NCBI GenBank assembly: GCA_964500125.1
Contig: CAZCMV010000002.1
Span: forward strand, 4,173-68,172
Reading direction: 5' to 3'
Source of the DNA: an uncultured Bdellovibrionales bacterium
GTDB lineage: Bacteria > Patescibacteriota > Minisyncoccia > Moranbacterales > GWC2-37-73
Length of the DNA stretch: 64,000 nucleotides
Positions 31,539 through 41,766 of this stretch are shown here, piece by piece. Positions within the stretch are counted from its first letter, which is position 1; each line of letters starts with the position of its first letter. The notes under the pieces were generated by a model. It saw only the letters and a list, made by a program, of their open reading frames with translations. It made no database searches and was not told the DNA's origin. Position numbers and translations under genes: made by a program.

Positions 31539-32363
31539 ATGCCTGAATTACCCGAAGTACAAACTGTCGTTAATGATTTGCAAAAACTTGCCGGTGACAC
31601 AATCACCGGTTTTTGGACTGACTGGAAACGCGCGATTGATTCCATATCTCCCGCATTACTGGAGAAAAATATCAAAGGCAAAAAAATAGTCGCCGTACGC
31701 AGACTGAGTAAATTTATTGTACTTGATTTATCTTCAAAAGAATCACTACTGTTACATCTAAGAATGACAGGAAAAATATTGATAGTTAAGGGTGAAAAAA
31801 GGAAAGTGAAAAGCAAACATTTGCATCATGTTTTTTTTCTTAAGAAAAACGGGGCTTTGGAATTTCACGACATCCGCAAGTTCGGTACTATTAAATTGAT
31901 GCCGACATCCGAAGTGGTTTTGGAAAATTTCAATCTTGGTGTGGAGCCTCTAGATAAAAATTTTACAAAATCTGTTTTGTCTTCCCTATTAGGCCAGCAC
32001 AAAAATAAGCCTCTCAAAAACTTATTGCTAGACCAAACTTTAATTGCCGGAATCGGCAATATTTATGCTTCTGAAATATTGTTTGATTGTAAAATAAGAC
32101 CAGACAGAAAAGCTGGCGATTTATCTGAAAAAGAAATCATGCATTTACATAAAAGTATCGTAAAAATACTTAAAAAAGCCATTCAAATGCGCGGTACCTC
32201 GGTTAGTGATTACCGAGATGGCTTCGGTCAAAAAGGTTCTTTTCAGAAAGTTTTGATGGTGTATAAAAGAAGTGGGCAAAAATGCAAAAAATGTGATACA
32301 ATTGTGGAGAAATTAGTCATGTCCGGACGTAGCACATTCTATTGTCCCACATGCCAAAAGTAA
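31539..32363 (+). CDS. mutM: Formamidopyrimidine-DNA glycosylase
   Basis: MPELPEV start, HLRMTG, GIGNIYASE, C-terminal zinc finger CKKC..CPTCQ. Confidence 0.98.
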   Translation: MPELPEVQTVVNDLQKLAGDTITGFWTDWKRAIDSISPALLEKNIKGKKIVAVRRLSKFIVLDLSSKESLLLHLRMTGKILIVKGEKRKVKSKHLHHVFFLKKNGALEFHDIRKFGTIKLMPTSEVVLENFNLGVEPLDKNFTKSVLSSLLGQHKNKPLKNLLLDQTLIAGIGNIYASEILFDCKIRPDRKAGDLSEKEIMHLHKSIVKILKKAIQMRGTSVSDYRDGFGQKGSFQKVLMVYKRSGQKCKKCDTIVEKLVMSGRSTFYCPTCQK

Positions 32364-32364
32364 T

Positions 32365-32446
32365 ATTGCTAAATGGTCACACTGCTACATTACTAGCTTA
32401 AGCAACTATTTACTTTAACAATGTGACCATATAACAATTTAACGAT
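32365..32446. repeat. Inverted 8-mer array (ATTGCTAA / TTAACAAT)
   Basis: attgctaa atggtcac actgctac ... ttaacaat gtgaccat ataacaat ttaacgat. Confidence 0.7.
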
Positions 32447-32454
32447 GTAATTCG

Positions 32455-33564
32455 ATGGGTAAAAAACAAATCGCCGTGATTATTATTATTGCGGCAGTGA
32501 TTGCGGGAGCAATCCTGTACTTCACCGTAGGAAGAAATGCTTTGCGCAGCAAAAATGTAAAGCAGATTCAGGTAAATAAGGATTCCAATGAGGAATCTAA
32601 GCAGTCTGCTAACAGCGGCAATGTAAGTCCTATATCAGGACTAGCTTGTGAGAATTGGAATCGCCGACCAGTCGCAGTCATGCAACCAGCCGATGTTTCA
32701 GCAAGACCTGCTGCAGGATTTTCCGATGCAGATATGGTAATTGAAATGCCCGTTATAACTGCAACAATTACCCGCCTCATGGGTATTTATATCTGTGGCG
32801 ACCCTGATGATGTCGGTTCAATGCGCAGCGCCCGTCATGATTTCGTGCATATAGCAAAAGGAATGGATGCAATTTTTGTTCATTGGGGACGCTCGGACAT
32901 TCCAGAATTCAAAGATCGCCTCAATAGTGGCATTGTTGATGACATGAACTGCAATAACGATGCTGGTAAGTCAGCTGGTCAATATTGCTACCGTAAGGAA
33001 GCTACTGGAACCATGCGTGGCGTTGATACAGGATATGCCAAATTTTCCGAACTGCTAAAAGGAGCTAAGGATTTCGGATATCGCATGGAAGGAAAATTTG
33101 TCGGATATCCGCATCAAGAAGAAGTAGCTCTTGACCAACGTCCTGGCGGCGGAAATTTGCGCGTAGCATTTGCCGGACCATTCGCCGTGGAATATGATTA
33201 TGACAAGGAAACTAACAGCTACAAACGCACATGGGGAGCAACCGCAGACACTGATCGCAACAACGGAAAAAGAATCGCACCAAAAAATGTTGTCGTATTG
33301 ATTGCAACATCTGAACAGATTGAGGGACAATACAACAACGTACAGCTTGGTGATCCATGGTATGACACTACCGACAGCGGAGAGGCTTACTATTACATCA
33401 ATGGTCAGGAAATAAAGGGCACTTGGAAAAAGGATAAATCAAAAATAGACAGCAAACTATATTTCTATGACCAATCAGGACAAGAAGTAAAATTCGTTCC
33501 TGGACAGATTTGGGTGGATATTTTAGAGCCAGGACAAACATTGCGCTGGACACCACAAGCATAA
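32455..33564 (+). CDS. DUF3048-family membrane-anchored protein
   Basis: SPISGL..RRPVAVM..ARP..G..DADMVIE..ITRLM..VGSMRSAR; KNVVV; GQIWV. Confidence 0.85.
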   Translation: MGKKQIAVIIIIAAVIAGAILYFTVGRNALRSKNVKQIQVNKDSNEESKQSANSGNVSPISGLACENWNRRPVAVMQPADVSARPAAGFSDADMVIEMPVITATITRLMGIYICGDPDDVGSMRSARHDFVHIAKGMDAIFVHWGRSDIPEFKDRLNSGIVDDMNCNNDAGKSAGQYCYRKEATGTMRGVDTGYAKFSELLKGAKDFGYRMEGKFVGYPHQEEVALDQRPGGGNLRVAFAGPFAVEYDYDKETNSYKRTWGATADTDRNNGKRIAPKNVVVLIATSEQIEGQYNNVQLGDPWYDTTDSGEAYYYINGQEIKGTWKKDKSKIDSKLYFYDQSGQEVKFVPGQIWVDILEPGQTLRWTPQA

Positions 33565-33703
33565 AAATCTCAATTTCGAAATCTTAAATCCTAAACAAAT
33601 TTGAAATTAGAATTTTAAAATTTCAAAATCTCCGCGTTTTAATCTTTCGGATTTGTGTTATTTGATGTTGCTTAGGACTTAAATATTATGATTTAGAATT
33701 TGA
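33565..33703. repeat. ~140-bp MITE-like hairpin of 7-mer arrays
   Basis: aaatctcaatttcgaaatcttaaatcctaaacaaat ... gcttaggacttaaatattatgatttagaattt; same architecture as 59420-59556. Confidence 0.7.
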
Positions 33704-33710
33704 AATAACC

Positions 33711-34676
33711 ATGATCCTTTTCTTCTACGGTGCGGATTCTTTCCGCTCACAAGAAAAAATCAGACAGCTCAAGGACAAATTCTTGGCAAAAGATAGCTCA
33801 GGCTTCGGCCTGAGCGTTCTTGACTTTGGTGAAAAAATAACTCTTTCTTCAGTCCAAGACGCTATTTCCACCGGTGGTTTATTCTCCTCTAAACGTTTTA
33901 TTATTATCCGAGATGCCATCAGTGAAACTTCAAGCGACACACAAAAAGAAATTGTAGCGCTTCTCAAAAACTACTCAGGCCTTGCTGATGACGAAGATAC
34001 CGTGATGCTTTTTTGGGAAACGAAAGATCCCAAAAAGAACGGCTCTCTCTTTAAATACCTTTACAAGGCCGCCAAAAAGCAGGAATTTGCGCCGCTTTCC
34101 AATGCAGAAATTTCCAAATGGATTATCAAAAAAACTTCCGAAATAAATCCTACCGTTACGATTGATCTCAAAACTGCGGATATGCTTGCAACATATGTCG
34201 GCAACGACCTTAATGCGCTGGAAAATGAACTTTTTAAGCTTGCCTCTTATTCCAAAGACGGGAAAATAACACCCCGAGATATAGAATTACTCGTAAAGGC
34301 CAAATTAGATTCGACGATTTTCGAAACCATTGAGGCTCTGACCAGTGGCAACAAAAAAAGAGCGCTTGAGCTCTTTCATCAACAAATTGCCAAGGGTGAA
34401 GATGCTTATTATATTTTGTCGATGTATGTTTACCAAATCCGCAACTTGCTCAAAATTGCCGACTGTGTGGAGCGCGGCAACACAAATCATTTCAACATCG
34501 CCAAAGAAACCAAATTACATCCATTTGTTGTCCAGAAATCCCTTCCCCACGTGCGCCAACTTTCACTTGAAAAAATAAAATCTCTGTTCTCTCAACTTGC
34601 CGACATCGACCACGCCGCCAAAACCGGCAAAGTCGATCTCATCTTGGCATTAGACACTTTCATTGCTTCAATATAA
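33711..34676 (+). CDS. holA: DNA polymerase III delta subunit
   Basis: FFYGAD, GLFSSKRFIII, VGNDLNALENELFKLASY, LHPFVVQK, DHAAKTG. Confidence 0.93.
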   Translation: MILFFYGADSFRSQEKIRQLKDKFLAKDSSGFGLSVLDFGEKITLSSVQDAISTGGLFSSKRFIIIRDAISETSSDTQKEIVALLKNYSGLADDEDTVMLFWETKDPKKNGSLFKYLYKAAKKQEFAPLSNAEISKWIIKKTSEINPTVTIDLKTADMLATYVGNDLNALENELFKLASYSKDGKITPRDIELLVKAKLDSTIFETIEALTSGNKKRALELFHQQIAKGEDAYYILSMYVYQIRNLLKIADCVERGNTNHFNIAKETKLHPFVVQKSLPHVRQLSLEKIKSLFSQLADIDHAAKTGKVDLILALDTFIASI

Positions 34677-34798
34677 AACCTATCCATTGACCATCAGCTT
34701 TGTTTTGCGTCAATTTATTGCAATAGATTCTAAATCTAAGTATGTGATATTTTGACACGCACTAAAAAATTATTTTCTTCTTTATTTTAAAAAAACAA

Positions 34799-34826
34799 AA
34801 AAACGCCATCTATTTTTGGCGTTTTT
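34799..34826. terminator. Terminator between holA and rpsT
   Basis: AAAAACGCCA-TCTATTTT-TGGCGTTTTT. Confidence 0.8.
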
Positions 34827-34847
34827 GTTGCAAGATTATTTCAGAAA

Positions 34848-35120
34848 CTATTTTTTGAGAGCCAGTTTCTTTACGGTTGCGTTGAGACGGCTCTTTTTGC
34901 GTGCAGCGGTGTTTTTCTTGATCACATCCTTCTGAGCAGCCTTGTCGAGAGCTTTCTGAGCAGCCTTTAGCCATTTCTGAGCTTCAGCAATGTCTCCTTT
35001 AGTTACAGCTTCATTGGTTTTCTTGATTGCGCTCTTGAAAACACCTTTGGCAGCTCTATTCTTAAGAGTCTTGCGGTCAGTTACGCGCATGTATTTCTTG
35101 GCAGATTTTTTGATTGGCAT
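34848..35120 (-). CDS. rpsT: 30S ribosomal protein S20
   Basis: MPIKKSAKK...LDKAAQKDVIKKNTAARKKSRL. Confidence 0.97.
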   Translation of the reverse strand: MPIKKSAKKYMRVTDRKTLKNRAAKGVFKSAIKKTNEAVTKGDIAEAQKWLKAAQKALDKAAQKDVIKKNTAARKKSRLNATVKKLALKK

Positions 35121-35231
35121 ATCTTAATTTATGTACGAATTATATCCGAATTATATCCGAATTGTCTCGTAACAGTTTGTAATTATTACTTAGGTATTTT
35201 TAGCACGTATATACTATTTTGGCAAGTGTAG

Positions 35232-35513
35232 TCAGGAAACTGAAATCTCCAAAAGTTCTTCGCTGCCTAATTCCTTGTTGATTTGAGCAAGAATATATGC
35301 CCTGTTAAGCCAAATTTCATTTGCCCAAACGGAAGAATCAACATGGATAATCAATTTGTTTCCTTTGAGCATTTTGGGCTTGATATATTGTGATCCTTGT
35401 CGGCCATATTCGCGCTTGATGATATCACGAAAAACAAAAAAAACGCTCTGCTCATCCAGCGGACCGCTCCTTCTGAGAGTCTTTTTGGCTAAAAAAGAAC
35501 CTATTTTTTTCAT
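35232..35513 (-). CDS. dciA: DciA (DUF721) helicase-operator protein
   Basis: GNKLIIHVDSSVWANEI...ILAQINKELG; third gene of the dnaA-dnaN operon. Confidence 0.75.
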   Translation of the reverse strand: MKKIGSFLAKKTLRRSGPLDEQSVFFVFRDIIKREYGRQGSQYIKPKMLKGNKLIIHVDSSVWANEIWLNRAYILAQINKELGSEELLEISVS

Positions 35514-35524
35514 TATCGTATGTA

Positions 35525-35643
35525 AGAGCGACTCTAATACGCTAATTTGTCACCCTAATGACTCTAATAAATCCATTCGGGTCATTAGAGTGTCCGCCTC
35601 CGCCAGTTGGCGGATGGCGGAATTCGTAAATTAGAGTCGCCTC
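35525..35643. repeat. Full hairpin repeat element containing a nested palindrome
   Basis: GCGACTCTAAT(35528-35538)/ATTAGAGTCGC(35630-35640) terminal stem; inner stem CACCCTAATGACTC/GGGTCATTAGAGTG; TCCGCC[TCCGCCAGTTGGCGGA]TGGCGGA. Confidence 0.85.
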
Positions 35644-35644
35644 T

Positions 35645-36793
35645 TTAGCTTCTTATCGGCATGATAACGTAGGTAAAAGAATCTACAACTTTATTATCGT
35701 CACCTTCGGTAATTTTCAAAACAGCAGGAGAAGCACTGTCATTAAGCATTAACATCAGACGTGCAGATGAAACAGCTTGAACTCCATCAACCATATATCT
35801 TGGATTGAATATGATTTTTATGTCCGGACCTTCTATTCTTGCTCTCAGAATAGTTTGATTATCACCAATATCTTCTGCGCGTGACTGCACTGAAACTTGT
35901 TGCTCATTGGCTTCCGCAGAAATATGCACTTCGCCGGCCTTGTTGCTCGTAAAAACTCCGGCAAGCTTAACTGCGCGAAGTACTTCATCTTTTTCTAAAA
36001 CTATCTTTGTCTTGAAAGATTGAGGGATAATTTGTTTATAAGGAGGATATTTACCGTTAATCAGACGTGACACAATTCGCACATTATCAACTTGAAAGAA
36101 TATCTGACTTTCTTCAATTCCCACCAACACTTCCTGAGTTTGTTGACCAATAACACGTAAAACTTCAGCCATCGTATGCATCGGAACAATTGCAGAAGGA
36201 TTTTTTTCCAAAAAAGCTGCATATATTTGCGTATCTTTAGGTTTTGCGACAAGCACGCTTTCCGCTAAACGAAAACTATCCGTAGCAGCAAGGTGCACCT
36301 CGTCTGCAAACAACATCATATTGATACCTGTTAACTCCGGCCTAGTTGAATCCAAGGAAACACACGTAATCAATTTGGATAAATGTTCTCTTAATTCCTG
36401 AGCATCTATCGAAAAAAGGAAATCACCTTCCATTTCGGGAATTATCGGAAAATCATGTGCTTGCAAACCTTTCATGCGAGCTTTGGAAGAACCACTGGAA
36501 ATTTGCAAGATTTGATCTTTGAGCACCAGAGATATAGTGCCATCAGCAGAAAGGTTATTCACGAAATTGCTAAGCAACTTGGCTGGCACGGTAATTTTTC
36601 CCGCCTCCTCTATCTTGGCGCCTATCTTTAGAAAAACGCCTATTTCCAAATTAGTTGCCGAAACCTTAAGCATTCCTTGCTCTGTTTCCAAAAGAATATT
36701 TTCCAAAATAGGCAAGGCTATTTGTTTGCCCACCACTCGTTCAGTGTTATATATTGCTTTTTTGAAATTTTCCTGAGTACAAGTGACTTTCAT
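35645..36793 (-). CDS. dnaN: DNA polymerase III beta clamp
   Basis: SATNLEIG, AATDSFRLAE, SRLINGKYPPYKQIIP, VIMPIR. Confidence 0.98.
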   Translation of the reverse strand: MKVTCTQENFKKAIYNTERVVGKQIALPILENILLETEQGMLKVSATNLEIGVFLKIGAKIEEAGKITVPAKLLSNFVNNLSADGTISLVLKDQILQISSGSSKARMKGLQAHDFPIIPEMEGDFLFSIDAQELREHLSKLITCVSLDSTRPELTGINMMLFADEVHLAATDSFRLAESVLVAKPKDTQIYAAFLEKNPSAIVPMHTMAEVLRVIGQQTQEVLVGIEESQIFFQVDNVRIVSRLINGKYPPYKQIIPQSFKTKIVLEKDEVLRAVKLAGVFTSNKAGEVHISAEANEQQVSVQSRAEDIGDNQTILRARIEGPDIKIIFNPRYMVDGVQAVSSARLMLMLNDSASPAVLKITEGDDNKVVDSFTYVIMPIRS

Positions 36794-36891
36794 ATTCGTT
36801 TCTCGCTTTATTCGGATTAGTTTTGCAAATTTTCCGCATATGCCAACACAAAGTTCGCATATACATATGTAAAGAAATTCTAGAAATTATC

Positions 36892-38292
36892 TTAAGACAA
36901 ACTATACAATTTCTCCCTTATCATCATCAAATCTTCCTTTAATTTTTCATCTGTTTCTAACTCACGATTTATTTTTTCAAACGCATGTAATACAGTTGTG
37001 TGGTCACGTCCTCCAAATTGCTCACCAATTCCCGGATAAGAAGCATTTAGCTCGCTACGCATAATATACATTGCGATCTGGCGGGCACGAGCAACTTCTT
37101 TTTTTCTTCCTTTATCTATGAGGCTCTTTACCGGAATGAAAAAATAGGCAGACACCACGTTGATTACATCTTGCATCTGCACTCCCTTTTTCTTGCCTGA
37201 AGAAATTATTTCAGATAAAGTTTGTTTGACAAATTCCAGGGTCGGAAGTTTTTTATTAAATTCACAAGCCGCAATTATACGATTAAGAGCTCCTTCCAAT
37301 TCACGAATATTATTCCTTACATGTTCAACAACAAAAAACATCGTTTCATCATCCAAATAAAAATGCTTTTCCGCCAGCTTTGCTTTAAGAATAGCTGTAC
37401 GCGTTTCAATATCAGGTGCGCTGATATCAGCAATCATGCCCCCTTCAAATCTCGAACGCAAGCGCTCCTCCAATGTTGCAATTGCCTTAGGTGGACGATC
37501 GGAACTGATTACGATTTGTTTATTTATCTGGTATAACGCATTAAAGATGTGAAAAAATTCATTTTGAGTTTTTTCCTTGCCAGAAAGAAATTGTACATCA
37601 TCAATAATAAGCAAATCTATCTCTTGATAGGAGGCTTTGAACTCGTTAATATTCTGATTTCGAATCGATTCAATTAATTCATTAGCAAATCTTTCGGAGG
37701 TGATGTATTTTACTTTTCTTTCGGGATATTTGCGTAAAATTTCATTACCAATTGATTGCAACAAGTGTGTTTTACCCAACCCTACTCCGCCGTATATAAA
37801 AAGCGGATTATACACTCTACCTAAATTCTGGGAAACCGCATAACAAGCGGCGCGTGCCAACTCATTATTTTCACCAACAATAAAGTTTTCAAAAGTATAA
37901 CGAGAGTTAATATTGCTTTCAAAACCAATTGCAACAGGAGTCGTTTTTTTTGGCTCACTTGTTTGTTGTCCAGATACAATCCTAACTGGCTCTTGCTTTA
38001 AAACGATTGAATCAAGGGTTTTATTTTCAGTTTCGGCAGATACTTCAGGGGCATTAATAATACAACTTATTTCCTTTACATCAGTTTGGTAATTACGAAG
38101 TGCCCTATATATATAGGCGTTATATTTGTTTTCTAACCATTCTTTTGCAAAACCATTAGGAACAGCAATTACTATTTTTCCCGACTCATTTGAAAGAATA
38201 GACGTGTTTTTAAACCACGTCACAAAATTAGCTTTCGAAATCGAAAGCTCTATCTCCCCCAAGACAGCCTCCCAAAGCTCCTTGTTATTCAT
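36892..38292 (-). CDS. dnaA: Chromosomal replication initiator DnaA
   Basis: YNPLFIYGGVGLGKTHL, DDVQF, GGRDHTTV; start taken at MNNKELW (38301 also possible). Confidence 0.99.
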   Translation of the reverse strand: MNNKELWEAVLGEIELSISKANFVTWFKNTSILSNESGKIVIAVPNGFAKEWLENKYNAYIYRALRNYQTDVKEISCIINAPEVSAETENKTLDSIVLKQEPVRIVSGQQTSEPKKTTPVAIGFESNINSRYTFENFIVGENNELARAACYAVSQNLGRVYNPLFIYGGVGLGKTHLLQSIGNEILRKYPERKVKYITSERFANELIESIRNQNINEFKASYQEIDLLIIDDVQFLSGKEKTQNEFFHIFNALYQINKQIVISSDRPPKAIATLEERLRSRFEGGMIADISAPDIETRTAILKAKLAEKHFYLDDETMFFVVEHVRNNIRELEGALNRIIAACEFNKKLPTLEFVKQTLSEIISSGKKKGVQMQDVINVVSAYFFIPVKSLIDKGRKKEVARARQIAMYIMRSELNASYPGIGEQFGGRDHTTVLHAFEKINRELETDEKLKEDLMMIREKLYSLS

Positions 38293-38338
38293 ACGTTCCA
38301 TGCATTCATTATGTATGAAAAAGTATAACATCGTCAAG

Positions 38339-38390
38339 TTATCCACACCAGCAGTTTTAAAAATGTATACTGTTAATAACCTGTGGATAA
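38339..38390. promoter_or_regulatory. Two DnaA boxes upstream of dnaA (probable autoregulation)
   Basis: TTATCCACA 38339-38347 and TGTGGATAA 38382-38390. Confidence 0.8.
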
Positions 38391-38440
38391 ATAATGATTA
38401 CATCCACATCTTTCCCTTGGCCTGCTTTTCGATTAATTTA

Positions 38441-38469
38441 TTGACTTTTTTACGCTAAATTGGTACACT
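38441..38469 (+). promoter_or_regulatory. sigma70 promoter of the rpmH operon
   Basis: TTGACT-17 bp-TACACT with a TGn extended -10. Confidence 0.65.
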
Positions 38470-38512
38470 TTTGCTTAGTACTGAATATAATTACTAAATT
38501 CCTATATCAAGT

Positions 38513-38647
38513 ATGAAAAGGACTTATCAACCAAAGAAGCTAAAAAGAAAACGCCGCCATGGCTTTCTGAAAAGAATGGAAACCCCTAATGGAGCAAAAA
38601 TTATCAAGAGTCGACGACAAAAAGGCCGTAAAAAGCTTTCTGTTTAA
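38513..38647 (+). CDS. rpmH: 50S ribosomal protein L34
   Basis: Manual translation: [44 protein letters not shown]. Confidence 0.98.
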   Translation: MKRTYQPKKLKRKRRHGFLKRMETPNGAKIIKSRRQKGRKKLSV

Positions 38648-38655
38648 ACAAAACT

Positions 38656-38997
38656 ATGCTGCCCAAAGAATTACGACTCAAAAATAGCGATGATTTTCAA
38701 GAAGTCTTCGCCAAAGGGACCGTATATTCTTTGCGCGGCATTTTTGTAAAGATTTTGCCGACAAAAGAATCTGCAACAAAAATAGGCTTTGTGATAAGCA
38801 AAAGCTGCGCCAAAACCGCGGTGGAGCGCAATAGATTGAAAAGAATAATGCGCGCAGCAATAAAACCATCAATAAAAACATTAAAACCCGGCTTTAATAT
38901 TGTAATCGGTTATAGCGCCAAAGAAAAAGAGGTGTGTTCTCGTAATTTAGAACCGATTATCAATCAATTATTAAATAAATCAAAAGTGCTCTCTTAA
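38656..38997 (+). CDS. rnpA: RNase P protein component
   Basis: RLKNSDDFQEVF, KIGFVISK, AVERNRLKR (RNR motif). Confidence 0.95.
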   Translation: MLPKELRLKNSDDFQEVFAKGTVYSLRGIFVKILPTKESATKIGFVISKSCAKTAVERNRLKRIMRAAIKPSIKTLKPGFNIVIGYSAKEKEVCSRNLEPIINQLLNKSKVLS

Positions 38998-39008
38998 AAA
39001 GAAAAATT

Positions 39009-39755
39009 ATGCCATTTTTTCACGAACTAATCTATCAGCCTCTTTATAATTTATTAGTGTTTTTATACAATTTTCTGCCCGGAAGCGATTTTGGTATTGC
39101 AATTATTGTTACAACCATATTGCTACGCTTTATTCTTGTTCCAGTATATAGAAAACAGATAGAGTCTCAACAGAAGATCCAAGAATTGCAGCCAAAAATA
39201 AAAGAGCTCCAACAAAAATATAAAGATGATAAGGAAAGACAAACCAAAGAAATGATGGCTTTGTACAAGCAACACAAAACTAATCCTTTTTCCGGATGTT
39301 TACCCTTAATAGTGCAATTGGTCTTTTTAATAGCGATTTATCGAATTCTTTTTTCCATCTCTTCACAAGGATTAATAGTTTCTTCGGAAGAACTTTATTC
39401 TTTTATTCCAAACCCTGGAAACATAAACCAGCTCTTCATTTCTATTATCGACCTAACAAAACCAAGCATTCCTATTGCTGCACTTGCTGCCCTTGCTCAA
39501 TATTTCCAAACTAAGATGCTGATGCAAAAAAACCAGCATCAATCAAAGGATAAAGTTAAACCTTCCAATTCTGATGAGCCTGACATCGCTCAAATGATGA
39601 GCAAACAGATGCTGTATTTGGGACCAGTTCTTACCCTGGTAATCGGAATTAAATTTCCCGCAGGATTAGCCCTATATTGGCTTTCCTCAACTCTTTTTAT
39701 GCTAGTACAACAAATAATTTTGCAGAAAAAAAAGCTCAAAGTTTCCAAGGCCTAA
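39009..39755 (+). CDS. yidC: YidC/Oxa1 membrane protein insertase
   Basis: LQPKIKELQQKYKDD, NPFSGCLPLIVQ, FPAGLALYW. Confidence 0.96.
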   Translation: MPFFHELIYQPLYNLLVFLYNFLPGSDFGIAIIVTTILLRFILVPVYRKQIESQQKIQELQPKIKELQQKYKDDKERQTKEMMALYKQHKTNPFSGCLPLIVQLVFLIAIYRILFSISSQGLIVSSEELYSFIPNPGNINQLFISIIDLTKPSIPIAALAALAQYFQTKMLMQKNQHQSKDKVKPSNSDEPDIAQMMSKQMLYLGPVLTLVIGIKFPAGLALYWLSSTLFMLVQQIILQKKKLKVSKA

Positions 39756-39773
39756 TATTTATATTTCAAGAAT

Positions 39774-40250
39774 ATGGAAGAAAAAATGCAAATCATAATC
39801 AAAAAATCTATTGAGGAACTTTTTGAACATATGGGTTTTAAGGTTTCTGTATCAATGGATATTTCCAAGGATGAAGATACAAACATCGTATGTAACATAC
39901 AAAGCGAAAATGACTCCAATCTGCTCATAGGTCAAGGTGGAATAAATTTACAAGCAATTCAACACTTGGCAAGATTAGTCGTTCGCAAGAAGCTTGAAGA
40001 TAAAGTGCGTTTTATTATTGACATAAATAACTATCGTCAAGGGAAAAATCAATCCATTATAGAACTGGCAAATCAAGCCGCCGCTCAAGCATTATCAGAA
40101 AGACGCTCTATAATTTTACGCCCAATGTCAACATACGAAAGAAGGATTGTGCACATAGAACTTTCTAAAAATTCTTCTGTTGTAACCGAAAGCATTGGAG
40201 AAGGTGAAAGTCGCAAGGTGGTAATTAAGCCAGCAGGAATGATCGGTTAG
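39774..40250 (+). CDS. jag: Jag/EloR-like KH-R3H RNA-binding protein
   Basis: LLIGQGGINLQAIQ KH; PMSTYERRIVH R3H; TESIGEG; synteny after yidC. Confidence 0.92.
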   Translation: MEEKMQIIIKKSIEELFEHMGFKVSVSMDISKDEDTNIVCNIQSENDSNLLIGQGGINLQAIQHLARLVVRKKLEDKVRFIIDINNYRQGKNQSIIELANQAAAQALSERRSIILRPMSTYERRIVHIELSKNSSVVTESIGEGESRKVVIKPAGMIG

Positions 40251-40323
40251 TAAATTTTCTTGAGGATTCGCATCTTATTTATCTGATGCGATTCTGATTA
40301 GCAAATTCATACTACAGTACAGC

Positions 40324-41766
40324 ATGGCTATTGCAAGAAAAATCGCATACAATGTCGTGGTTAATGCCGCGGCGAAAGTGCTTTCTACGGTTCTGGCACT
40401 GGTAGCCATAGGGCTTGTGATGCGCTACTTAGGAAAGGATGGTTTTGGCGACTATGCAACAGTAATCGCCTTTTTCTCTTTCTTTGGTTCTATTGCCGAT
40501 CTTGGACTTTATTCAATTACAGCAAGAGAAATTTCCCGCCAAGGCGCAGACGAAGCTTATATAATCAACAATGTTTTCACTCTGAGAGCAATCAGCTCAC
40601 TCGTAGTCCTTTTATTGACCCCCTTATTTGTCATTTTCCTTCCATATTCTACCCAAGTGAAAACCGGCATTATCATCGCAGGGGCTTCTTTTGTATTTTC
40701 CTCAACATATATGGTACTCAATGGTGTTTTTCAGAAGCATCTTTCCATGGACCGTGTAGCCATTGCTGAAATCATTGGCAAAATCGTTCAAGTGGCAGTA
40801 ATCTACACCGCGATTAAAATGAATCTTGGTTTTGTTGCCATCGTCTGTTCAATACTTTTTTCCATGTTTGTTAATTTCACTCTTGTCCTCATTGCTGCCA
40901 GAAAATTTGTGAAACTACGTCTGAGCTTTGATTTCACTTATTGGAAAAAATTTCTGAAAGAATCATTGCCAATGGGCATAGCTGTAATCATAACTTTTTT
41001 CTATTTCAAAATGGATACAATTCTGCTATCCATACTTAAAAGCAGCAGCGATGTAGGCATATATAATGCCGCCTACAAAGTAATTGAAAATATAACCTTC
41101 TTTCCTTCCATGATTATCGGTTTAATGTTACCGATAATGTCTCTTCATATCTTTTCCAACCACAAAGAGTTCTGTCGCATTTCAAATGAAACTTTCAAAG
41201 TATTTGTATTAATGGTTGTACCTATTGTTATTGGCGGATTCTTTTTGGCTGAAAAAATAGTTACCATTATCGGTGGTGCCGAATTTATCGAATCAGCCAC
41301 AACACTTCGCATCCTTATTTTTGCTTTAGCATTCATATTCTTTGGAAACTTCTTCAATAACATCCTGATTGCTGCAGCCAAGCAAAAGACATTGATGTAT
41401 TCATTATCTGTTTGCGCCGTATTCAATATTGCGGCAAATGTCATTCTCATCCCTAAATTTTCCTACATTGCTGCCGCTTCTATTTCTGTAGCAACAGAAG
41501 CAATGGTGGTTTTACTTACTTTCTATTTAACCGCCAAACATGTCCATTATATGCCCAAATTCAAAAATGCTTTCGGAATTTTTGCCTCCGGAGTTATGAT
41601 GGCTATTTTTCTATTTTTTTTCCACGGCCAAAATTTCATCTTTGCCGCCGTTGGAAGTTCCCTTGTCTATTGTTTATTTCTTTGGTTAACAAAAACCATT
41701 ACAGCCAAAGAATTACTCAGCATAGTTTCAAGAAAACAAACATCTCCTTCAATTTCCTATGAATAA
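40324..41766 (+). CDS. Wzx-like polysaccharide flippase
   Basis: About 12-14 TM helices; RYLGKDGFGDY, DLGL, DVGIYNAAYK, LIPKFSYIAAA. Confidence 0.9.
   Translation: MAIARKIAYNVVVNAAAKVLSTVLALVAIGLVMRYLGKDGFGDYATVIAFFSFFGSIADLGLYSITAREISRQGADEAYIINNVFTLRAISSLVVLLLTPLFVIFLPYSTQVKTGIIIAGASFVFSSTYMVLNGVFQKHLSMDRVAIAEIIGKIVQVAVIYTAIKMNLGFVAIVCSILFSMFVNFTLVLIAARKFVKLRLSFDFTYWKKFLKESLPMGIAVIITFFYFKMDTILLSILKSSSDVGIYNAAYKVIENITFFPSMIIGLMLPIMSLHIFSNHKEFCRISNETFKVFVLMVVPIVIGGFFLAEKIVTIIGGAEFIESATTLRILIFALAFIFFGNFFNNILIAAAKQKTLMYSLSVCAVFNIAANVILIPKFSYIAAASISVATEAMVVLLTFYLTAKHVHYMPKFKNAFGIFASGVMMAIFLFFFHGQNFIFAAVGSSLVYCLFLWLTKTITAKELLSIVSRKQTSPSISYE

Noticed and set aside
38293-38512. oriC between dnaA and rpmH, or between dnaA and dnaN
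   Set aside because: Only two boxes, no trio array, none in the 98-bp dnaA-dnaN gap, and the plus strand stays C-rich beyond it; 53.7-54.1 kb fits better.
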